A stretch of 16,150 nt of DNA from UHGV virus genome UHGV-0095173. One strand, given 5' to 3'. Positions 1-6,484 of the stretch are shown in pieces. The position numbers and the translations under genes were made by a program. Position 1 is the stretch's first letter. Each line of letters starts with the position of its first letter. The notes beneath the pieces are model-generated. The model worked only from the letters and a program-made list of their open reading frames with translations, was not told the origin of the DNA and did no database searches. This DNA comes from a virus.

Positions 1-584
1 TCAGCTATAAAGCTGTTGTGAAGTTCAGCAAGCGTTTCACGCCCGAACGGGGTCAGCTCTCCGCGTTCCGCATCCAGCATGGCGCGGTAGAACACAATGG
101 CGTTCTCTGTTCCCTGCTCAACGCCGTAGCGCTCAATCATTGCGCCCTCGATGTTGTTTGCCATCGCCAACCGTTCAGCAAACGGGTAAATCACCATGCC
201 CGCATTGCCATTGGAGTAAATCGCAACCTGCGATGATGTGCCGTCAGTGTCAGTAACCGTGGTGGTGCCATTCTCGCGCGTCATCTCAGAAACGAACGTC
301 GCAGCAATCAGCCAGCGCCACATGGTTACTTCATGCTGCGCGGTGAAGTCGAACCAGCCACGCTCCCCGCCGTCAGCCACTGCCAAATGCAGGGCAAATC
401 CTTCATCGGTCTTATTGTCATACTCACCCGCATCCAGACGTACTACGACTTTTTCGTAGTTGATAAGAGCAACATGCTCATACATTCCGGCATCATTGCG
501 GGTCATGATATTGACGCCGTGCGGTGTGGCTTCGGCGTGGAACAGGTCGGGATTTCCCGGTTTAATGGTCAGTATATTGCTCAT
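1..584 (-). CDS. hypothetical protein, 5' part only (at least 194 codons; ORF runs past window start)
   Basis: ATG at 584-582 overlaps the stop of the upstream gene (ATGA at 581-584). My reverse-complement translation (MSNILTIKPGNPDLFHAEATPHGVNIMTRNDAGMYEHVALINYEKVVVRLDAGEYDNKTDEGFALHLAVADGG...) has no stop down to position 1. Absent from the ORF track because no stop lies in the window. No family recognised. Confidence 0.5.
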   Translation of the reverse strand, partial: MSNILTIKPGNPDLFHAEATPHGVNIMTRNDAGMYEHVALINYEKVVVRLDAGEYDNKTDEGFALHLAVADGGERGWFDFTAQHEVTMWRWLIAATFVSEMTRENGTTTVTDTDGTSSQVAIYSNGNAGMVIYPFAERLAMANNIEGAMIERYGVEQGTENAIVFYRAMLDAERGELTPFGRETLAELHNSFIA

Positions 585-802
585 GCTTTGCCCTCCCGAT
601 ATTCACGCATTACATGGTCAGCTAGCTTGCTTTCAGCCTCGCTCATTGCTTCGGGCACACCGTGTAACAGCGTCAGAATGGAACCTATAAGGCGTGGTAA
701 ATCGGGATCTGTTTTATTGGTGGTGCTCTCCAGCCACATGGACAAAACAGCCTGTGCCTGTTCAATCTGGCAGGCAGCATCAATCAGTTTTAACTGGCTC
801 AT
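581..802 (-). CDS. hypothetical small protein (73 aa), paralog of the neighbouring 59-aa protein
   Basis: ORF track entry. Start overlaps the stop of the upstream gene (ATGA) and its stop overlaps the next start. Shares a QAQ-VL-MWL core with the 799-978 product. Confidence 0.5.
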   Translation of the reverse strand: MSQLKLIDAACQIEQAQAVLSMWLESTTNKTDPDLPRLIGSILTLLHGVPEAMSEAESKLADHVMREYREGKA

Positions 803-978
803 TTGTCACTCTCCACTGCCAGCGCATCAGCCAGCCCGTCTAAGATTGTCAGCACCGCATCCACCATATCGGGCGCTTCCCCGTCGTCGGTGGTCATGGT
901 GTGAAGCCACATGGTGAGGACGGTCTGCGCCTGTTGGATTCTGCACATTACTTCACTAACGCTTAGTCCCTGTTTCAT
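799..978 (-). CDS. hypothetical small protein (59 aa), paralog of the 581-802 product
   Basis: Not in the ORF track (under 60 aa). Hand translation: MKQGLSVSEVMCRIQQAQTVLTMWLHTMTTDDGEAPDMVDAVLTILDGLADALAVESDK. ATG at 978-976 overlaps the stop at 975-977; stop at 801-799 overlaps the ATG at 802-800. Confidence 0.45.
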   Translation of the reverse strand: MKQGLSVSEVMCRIQQAQTVLTMWLHTMTTDDGEAPDMVDAVLTILDGLADALAVESDK

Positions 979-1172
979 CGCTTCCCCTCCCGTTCTGCCA
1001 ATTCTTCAATCAGCCATGCGGTAACGTCACCGGAAAGGCGCTTTAGCAGAGTGGCGATTGCGGATACTTCGCTATCTGCAAGGCGGTGGGGGAAGTCTTC
1101 AACAAGACGGGCAATTATCTCAGTCTGGTGGGCGCGTTCTGCTGCCTGCTCTAAGGTGATTTCACGGCTCAT
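975..1172 (-). CDS. hypothetical small protein (65 aa)
   Basis: ORF track entry. Preceded by AGGAGGTG embedded in the upstream gene; ATGA overlaps at both ends. Confidence 0.5.
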   Translation of the reverse strand: MSREITLEQAAERAHQTEIIARLVEDFPHRLADSEVSAIATLLKRLSGDVTAWLIEELAEREGKR

Positions 1173-1348
1173 GCTGCCACCTCCTGAATACGAGTAATAC
1201 GAACGTGCTTATAACCGCCTTTATTCGCCAGTAGTTGCGCAGTCGATTTAGCTGTTTCTGGACTGGTGCTAGTCATGGTGTAGTGAATGCCGACGGTGTT
1301 ACCGCGCTTGTTAACAGCGTATCCGTCGATCTGGAAGGTTTTACGCAT
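1169..1348 (-). CDS. hypothetical small protein (59 aa)
   Basis: Not in the ORF track. Hand translation: MRKTFQIDGYAVNKRGNTVGIHYTMTSTSPETAKSTAQLLANKGGYKHVRITRIQEVAA. ATG at 1348-1346 lies just downstream of the recombinase-like stop (1341-1343); its stop overlaps the next start (ATGA). Confidence 0.45.
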   Translation of the reverse strand: MRKTFQIDGYAVNKRGNTVGIHYTMTSTSPETAKSTAQLLANKGGYKHVRITRIQEVAA

Positions 1349-2219
1349 TTCCGACCTCCATTGCTAAACGGGACTGGATAGCTGCCGCTTTACTGCCTAA
1401 TTGCAGGTAAGTACGAGTTATCGCAGGGTTGCTATGACCCAGCATTTCAGAGGCCACTAATAGGCCCTGTTCGCCACCTGCGGACATGAGGTTAAAGGCG
1501 GCTATTTTGCGGCTTGAGTAGGCGCTCAGGCGCAATTTAGCGTTAATGAAACGGGTAAACCACGCCATGACGCCATGAAGTTTGCGCCAGATGGTTTGGC
1601 GAGTAACGCTACCTTCCAGACGTTGACAACGGTTACTTTCGATTTGAGAGCGGGAAAATACCAGGTCGTCCTCCACCAGATTCCGATCCTGACGGTCACG
1701 CAGCCGCTTGATAATGCCGGGGGGTAACTGTTTGGTGTCGTGCTTGACGTCAGCCTTAGCCACCAGCCCGAACACAATCGCCTGTTCTTCGTCGTTCATA
1801 TCGGCGGCCAGTTCATCACAGCCGATACTATCCCACTTCATGTAGGCGATATGGTCAGCGGCGAGCCGCGCGGCGTCCTTGCGCTGCTGGCGCACAATTT
1901 CAATACCTTTGCGGGTTGCCCGCGCTTCTGCGGCTTTGGTCTGTTTGGAAACGATAATTGTCGCCTGTCCAGTTTCCCAATTGATGCAGGAATAGCGCAG
2001 GTTGCAAACGTCGCTGGTACGCCAGCCGGTTACGGTCGCAATATCCCACCAGAGCAACACCCAATCGGGCTGTGTCTGCTGGATGCGCTCGCGTAGCTTG
2101 CGCTGCTCGTCACGGTCATAGACAGGGGTCATGGTGCGACTGCCCTTTGTGCTCGCCGCTTTAACGACATTGCCGCGCAGCTCGCGGGCTTTGGCTGTCA
2201 GAGTCTGGAGGTTAAACAT
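1341..2219 (-). CDS. tyrosine recombinase-fold protein (phage integrase family, catalytic domain, about 292 aa)
   Basis: C-terminal LGHSNPAITRTYL matches the tyrosine-recombinase box II signature (His and catalytic Tyr). Box I-like TGWRTSDVCNLRY. The usual HxxR appears as SSRK. Start placed at ATG 2219 (MFNLQ...) because GGAGGTG sits 4 nt upstream; the track's longer ORF begins at a TTG at 2312. Confidence 0.65.
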   Translation of the reverse strand: MFNLQTLTAKARELRGNVVKAASTKGSRTMTPVYDRDEQRKLRERIQQTQPDWVLLWWDIATVTGWRTSDVCNLRYSCINWETGQATIIVSKQTKAAEARATRKGIEIVRQQRKDAARLAADHIAYMKWDSIGCDELAADMNDEEQAIVFGLVAKADVKHDTKQLPPGIIKRLRDRQDRNLVEDDLVFSRSQIESNRCQRLEGSVTRQTIWRKLHGVMAWFTRFINAKLRLSAYSSRKIAAFNLMSAGGEQGLLVASEMLGHSNPAITRTYLQLGSKAAAIQSRLAMEVGNA

Positions 2220-2400
2220 GACGCACCTCCGGCACTGGCAGACGTGCGGCCAGAGACAAAATAAAGTGCGGCGCAAGGATGCGGCGGGCTTCGCGTTCGG
2301 TCGCAGCCTCAACGGACAGACGGCAAGGTTTGGCTTTTTTATCGTGGCGATTCAGCGCGAGAAAGCGCCAGGTGAATTTTGAGTGTGCGGATCTAGCCAT
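2212..2400 (-). CDS. hypothetical small protein (62 aa), first gene of the operon
   Basis: ORF track entry. AGGAG about 9 nt upstream of ATG 2400. Its stop overlaps the recombinase-like start (ATGTTTAA). Function unknown. Confidence 0.45.
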   Translation of the reverse strand: MARSAHSKFTWRFLALNRHDKKAKPCRLSVEAATEREARRILAPHFILSLAARLPVPEVRHV

Positions 2401-2720
2401 TTTTAGCGGCTCCTAGAACATATTGAAGGAGTCTCGCCAGATGCTGCTAAACATGGGTGGCGAGACGTGACGGGGTTAGCAGACTGGCGTTCTAGGAAAC
2501 CAGCAGGCGTTAAGCCTCCCCACCACGCCCCGCCATAAATCGGGGGTATGGTTGGTTTTCGGGCGTAAAAATACCGCTATACGGAAATCAGCGGCTACCC
2601 GCTAGAACGTTCAGGCTGCTAAACCCGGCACCCGTTTTGTGAGGTGCAAAATAATCATAACCACACTACCCCGTTAAGCGCAAGGGAAATATCCCCTGCG
2701 CCCACAATGCAAACTTGTGA

Positions 2721-3791
2721 TTAGTACCCGCGAGAAGCGTAAACTCGTGCCATGCCAGCCCAATGAGAGAAAAGAATTTCCCACTTAATTGGGTTGTAGG
2801 TAATACTTCCATCGACTGCGGCAGCATTCCATGCCCGATCAGAAATAGAGCTATCTTTAGCAGTTTTCCCCCATTCAACAATATCCCTTGCTAAAGCCTG
2901 TACACATGCTCGACTGACTACCTTTTCGTCAACGTACGCCCCAACATCAGAGCATGACTCCATACTCATGTTCAGGCTATTTTTAAGGGACTCCAGCCCG
3001 GCCACTGACATAAAGCGACGACCATTAGCGTATGCAACACCGTCATTCCTGATAGTGAACTTAACAGTGTGGAATGCGTCAACAATCATCCGCTGCTCTG
3101 GCGTCGGGTTCTGCCATAGCACAAGGTTAATCTCTCTCTCAGAAGCTATTGATTCTGCTTTCTCACGCTTAACTCGTGCATCCCGTTCTGCCTGGTATTG
3201 TTTTTGATTTTCATCATGAGCCTTTTGGTAACTAGAGGCTAATGCGTCTCTGTTTTTGGCAAATGCTGCAATGCTATTTTTGAAATCGCTTCTGCTAACC
3301 TTGTTTAACCCCATACTCCAGCGGTCATTTTCGTAATCATCATAAATGGCATCAACTTTTGCCGGATTACTCAGCACAGTCGCCAGATTAACCGGAATTT
3401 TAGCCATCTCGTCACTGATTCTCGCTACATGTTCGAAAGTCGATATAGAGCCAACTTCATGACTCCCATACTCATGATAAGCGGCATAAAAAATTGGAAT
3501 AGATTGAGGTTTTTCGTTCACTGACTTAATGATGCTTTTTTCATCACATGACTGTTCACCCCATTTGAAAACACTTTTCCCACCATTTTTGTATGTGTTG
3601 CAATCATCAATACCCAAACGAACCAGCGCATCCCATCCGGGCCGTTTCTTGTAATCCTCGCTCTTGACAACATGCATTGTGGTTAGGGCTTTCGCAGGAT
3701 CTAACTTGCCAGCGGTACAAGACACGATAGGAAAGGCCAGAGAAGCGCAGGCTGCTATCCTGAAAAGGCTCGTCAATCTTTCTTTTTTCAT
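2721..3791 (-). CDS. predicted lipoprotein (356 aa), cargo gene of unknown function
   Basis: N-terminus MKKERLTSLFRIAACASLAFPIVSC has a basic n-region, hydrophobic core and lipobox-like IVSC followed by T. Central charged, coiled-coil-like stretch (YQKAHDENQKQYQAERDARVKREKAES). Looks AT-richer than flanking phage genes by eye. No family recognised. Confidence 0.7.
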   Translation of the reverse strand: MKKERLTSLFRIAACASLAFPIVSCTAGKLDPAKALTTMHVVKSEDYKKRPGWDALVRLGIDDCNTYKNGGKSVFKWGEQSCDEKSIIKSVNEKPQSIPIFYAAYHEYGSHEVGSISTFEHVARISDEMAKIPVNLATVLSNPAKVDAIYDDYENDRWSMGLNKVSRSDFKNSIAAFAKNRDALASSYQKAHDENQKQYQAERDARVKREKAESIASEREINLVLWQNPTPEQRMIVDAFHTVKFTIRNDGVAYANGRRFMSVAGLESLKNSLNMSMESCSDVGAYVDEKVVSRACVQALARDIVEWGKTAKDSSISDRAWNAAAVDGSITYNPIKWEILFSHWAGMARVYASRGY

Positions 3792-3843
3792 CGTCCTAAT
3801 GCTCTTTCAAACCAAGAATGTAGGACATAGTAAATTGTGGTTA

Positions 3844-4170
3844 ATGGCAAGTCGATATAAAGGCCGGGTTATTGGCTTCGGTGCCAATATCATTTCTCCG
3901 AAATTTCATAACGCCTGTAATCGCTCGTTTCCCCATCTTGGGGACATTTCAAAACTGCGAATCAAAGTGCGAATGGAACTGCGAATTCGCAAAGAGAGAG
4001 CGCCGCTCAAAGCAGGCCGGATAAGGCTTCGCGGACATATTGCGAATGCGAATCCACCAGAAACGAAACGCGAATCACCCATAAACAAAACCGATACGCA
4101 GGGAGCGTACTGCCCGTATTCAATCGGCCGAAAAGTCAGCCGATTAAAATCATGCCCGGCTATCCCCTGA
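3844..4170 (+). pseudogene. terS-like relic: diverged inverted copy of the 5' part of the prophage small-terminase gene (possibly an intact 108-codon ORF)
   Basis: An 18-mer caccagaaacgaaacgcg at 4055-4072 is identical to the reverse complement of terS 11811-11828. TGCGAAT repeats at 3956-4075 mirror those at 11904-11958. The frame from ATG 3844 gives MASRYKGRVIGFGANIISPKFHNACNRSFPHLGDISKLRIK..., resembling TerS MAKPDWGELQQRFLSEHAKTGISPKEWCEAQGLNYSTAKRYIKIA. The repeat block is read in a different frame from terS and I found no convincing RBS. Confidence 0.3.
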
Positions 4171-4630
4171 AATTTCAGGAGATCGAGAGCCACCAGCAGA
4201 GAACCGTTCATGCCATCGGTAACTTGCAGCCCGAAGCTCAAATCTGAGCGTTGACCGCCAGCCAGAAGAAACCATTTTAAATCCCGCGCCTTCTCTTTGG
4301 ATGAACAGGGTTACTCCCCGTAATGCTGTGAACTGCCACGATGATTCGGGGTTGTGTTGCGCTGGCCTTTGAGTCCCGCACAAACACTGACCCACAAAAT
4401 TTTTGTAGGTGACTGGCCCTCTTGATGAGGTGCTGTTTTGCGTAACCCTTAATGAGTTGTGCAAAGGCTCAACCCTTTAAAAGGGTTGCCTAACCACCGG
4501 CGATAGTAATAACCGCCAACCTATGAACACTATGAACACCTTTGAGCATTTTTCTATAAACATTCCACTACTGCCCTATTTGATGCCTTTCTCTGGCTGG
4601 CCTGTGTAAGTTACCGTTGCTGGGAACTGA

Positions 4631-4668
4631 CAATAAAAAAGGCTTGCCCCTCTCAGGTAACAAGCCTT
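4631..4668 (-). terminator. intrinsic terminator downstream of alpA
   Basis: Minus strand: 8-bp stem AAGGCTTG / CAAGCCTT with a 14-nt loop followed by TTTTTATTG, about 20 nt past the alpA stop. Confidence 0.5.
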
Positions 4669-4685
4669 GTCTATCGCTCTGGATC

Positions 4686-4898
4686 TCACTCACTACAGAT
4701 TCCGCGCTTTTGGCTCTGTCTTCCGATCCACGCCTCCACCTCATCGCGATACCAGCAATTGCGGCCGCCAACTTTGAAGGGCATCGGAAAGCCGTTCCCC
4801 TCATCCTTCAGAAATTCATAGAACGCAGAATCAGAACGGTAGCGTAGACGGGCTTTAACTTCGACTTTGAGCAAAATATCACTGTTAGATATGGACAT
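4686..4898 (-). CDS. alpA: AlpA-family transcriptional regulator / excisionase-like protein (70 aa)
   Basis: GFPMPFKVGGRNCWYRDEVEAWI matches the AlpA signature (FP-P-K-GGR-W-EVE-WI). GAGG RBS 5 nt upstream of ATG 4898. Sits next to a P4-type integrase. Confidence 0.85.
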   Translation of the reverse strand: MSISNSDILLKVEVKARLRYRSDSAFYEFLKDEGNGFPMPFKVGGRNCWYRDEVEAWIGRQSQKRGICSE

Positions 4899-4973
4899 AA
4901 AAACCTCATTATATATTCGATATAATTATATATGATTTGAATAAAAAAAACGCATTCCGGTTAGCTTTGGGCA

Positions 4974-4999
4974 TAAAAAAAGCTGGCTTAAAGCCAGCT
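4974..4999 (-). terminator. intrinsic terminator downstream of int
   Basis: Perfect inverted repeat AGCTGGCTT / AAGCCAGCT (4981-4999) followed on the minus strand by a run of 7 T, about 40 nt past the int stop. Confidence 0.6.
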
Positions 5000-5040
5000 A
5001 TACCCGTTTGAAATCATGATTATCCAGAAATGGATGTGCC

Positions 5041-6270
5041 TTACACAACCAGCCTCAAGCCCTTATCGCCGCTGGTCTCCAGTATTTCGCCACACTCTGC
5101 GGCCTCGATAAAGTCCCCCCACCATTGCATTAAAACCCGGCGTTTTTCCAGATAGTCGCTACGGTTATAAACATTTCGAATCGCATCGGCGCTTTTGTGA
5201 GCGAGTGCAGCCTCAATCACATCAGGGTTGAACCCCTCGTCATTTAAAACTGTAGATGCCAACGCCCTGAACCCATGAGGAACAATCAGCCCTTTAAACG
5301 ACGTTTTGTGTATCCCGGCCTGAGTCGCACAGCGTGAGATCGGCTTATTTTCTTTTCGCCATGAGGGGAAAACATAATCGCAGCGCTTCCACTTTTCGGC
5401 CTCTTTAAGCACGTTTATAGCCTGGCTCGATAATGGGACTACGTGGGGGCGCTTTCCTTTCATCCGGCTTGCAGGGATTTGCCAGATTGAGTTATCAAAA
5501 TCAATCTCATTCCAGAGAGCGCCGCCAGCCTCCGAAGGCCGGACCATCGTAATGATCTGGAATAATAATGCCAGCTTTGATGGCTCCCATAAGCTCAACT
5601 CGTTCCATGCGCTTAAAAATTCGGGCAACCGCTCTTTCTGTAAAGTCGCTCTTGGCTCGTTTTTTTCAGCCGGGAATGCTTTACCAATTTTCGATAGCGG
5701 GTTGTGCTCAATAACCCCAATGTTTACCGCATAATCCATTATGGCGTTGATGGTAATAACCATTTTCGTAAGCGTTGATGGCCTTTCCCTGAAAGGTTTA
5801 AAAGCCTGAATAGTATCGGCTGCGTTTATTTTATGTACCGTGGTATGCCTAAAAATCGTGGAAAGATGCTTCAACGTCACATTGTGCGATTCAAGCGTGT
5901 TGCTTCTCGCACCTTCTTTAATCTTGATTTTTAGCCATTCATCGGCAACGGCCTGAAATGACTGCGCGTACATTTTACGCTGTTCATTCCTGGCATCTTT
6001 TTTGACTTCGTTCGGATCTATCCCTCGCGCTACCATACGGCGCAGTTTCGAACGTTCCTCCCTCGCTTCGGACAAAGTAAACTCCGGGTATCGTCCAATA
6101 GTATAGGTTTGTCTCTTCTTCGTTACCGGGTGTACATACCGAAAACGCCATGACTTACCGCCCCGGCTTGTGATGTAAAGCAACAAACCGAAACCATCGT
6201 GCAAACTGAAATCCTTGCCCTGTGCCTTCGCGCTTTTCACTTCGACGCTAGTTAGTGGCCTAACAATCAT
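5041..6270 (-). CDS. int: tyrosine-type site-specific integrase, P4-like (409 aa)
   Basis: N-terminal arm-binding-type domain (GKSWRFRYVHPVTKKRQTYTIGRYPEFTLSEAREE). C-terminal catalytic region with HGFRALAST and downstream Tyr (RNVYNRSDY). GAGG RBS 7 nt upstream of ATG 6270. Confidence 0.95.
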   Translation of the reverse strand: MIVRPLTSVEVKSAKAQGKDFSLHDGFGLLLYITSRGGKSWRFRYVHPVTKKRQTYTIGRYPEFTLSEAREERSKLRRMVARGIDPNEVKKDARNEQRKMYAQSFQAVADEWLKIKIKEGARSNTLESHNVTLKHLSTIFRHTTVHKINAADTIQAFKPFRERPSTLTKMVITINAIMDYAVNIGVIEHNPLSKIGKAFPAEKNEPRATLQKERLPEFLSAWNELSLWEPSKLALLFQIITMVRPSEAGGALWNEIDFDNSIWQIPASRMKGKRPHVVPLSSQAINVLKEAEKWKRCDYVFPSWRKENKPISRCATQAGIHKTSFKGLIVPHGFRALASTVLNDEGFNPDVIEAALAHKSADAIRNVYNRSDYLEKRRVLMQWWGDFIEAAECGEILETSGDKGLRLVV

Positions 6271-6484
6271 TCAACACCTCTCTGGCTACCATGTAATGCA
6301 AACGGCGCATGATTCTCTTTCTAGTCCCTCATGTACCGAATCAAAGCGAAATCCGGCGAATAAATCCGCACATGTTCGGAGTGTCATTTTTATGGTTCAG
6401 GCCAGTAACGCCGTATGATTCCGAACGATAACGCACTGATTAATAGATATTAGTTGCATAAGGTACAGATATGCAGTCATTGGA

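Noticed and set aside
18-917. Plus-strand ORFs 18-236, 238-459, 333-917 and 460-690
   Set aside because: They lie antisense to the coupled minus-strand operon, whose ATGA-linked genes explain the region; no RBS and implausible Cys/Arg/Ser-rich products.
1526-2382. ORFs 1526-1777 (-), 1740-2096 (+) and 2131-2382 (+) overlapping the recombinase-like gene and the 62-aa gene
   Set aside because: Alternative-frame or antisense ORFs inside a gene with clear tyrosine-recombinase motifs; no independent start signals.
2666-3207. ORFs 2666-2881 (-) and 2968-3207 (+) inside the lipoprotein gene
   Set aside because: Nested in a longer ORF with a convincing lipoprotein signal peptide.
3956-4075. CRISPR array suggested by repeated GCGAAT motifs
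   Set aside because: Motifs are 6-12 bp with irregular spacing, not 25-40 bp repeats with unique spacers of similar length; the same motifs occur inside terS as codons.
3664-4464. ORFs 3664-4170 (+) as a full 168-aa gene, 3906-4241 (-) and 4150-4464 (-)
   Set aside because: The long plus-strand ORF begins with non-protein-like sequence and no RBS; only its part from ATG 3844 is retained, as a terS-like relic. The minus-strand ORFs are Arg/Ser-rich antisense artefacts.
4568-4847. ORFs 4568-4804 (-) and 4617-4847 (+) overlapping alpA and its terminator
   Set aside because: Out-of-frame with or antisense to the well-supported alpA ORF; they span the terminator hairpin.
6271-6484. tRNA or tmRNA 3' fragment as the att site next to the P4-type integrase
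   Set aside because: I found no GGTTCGAATCC-like T-arm or CCA-ending acceptor stem on either strand by eye. A tRNAscan or BLAST run is still needed to exclude a short att core.
1-6484. Calling the left element a P4-like satellite, PICI or capsid-forming PICI
   Set aside because: The integrase/AlpA pair fits, but I see no primase-helicase (alpha or pri-rep), no psu/delta/sid and no capsid genes on the element itself; with the element's far end outside the window the classification is unsupported.
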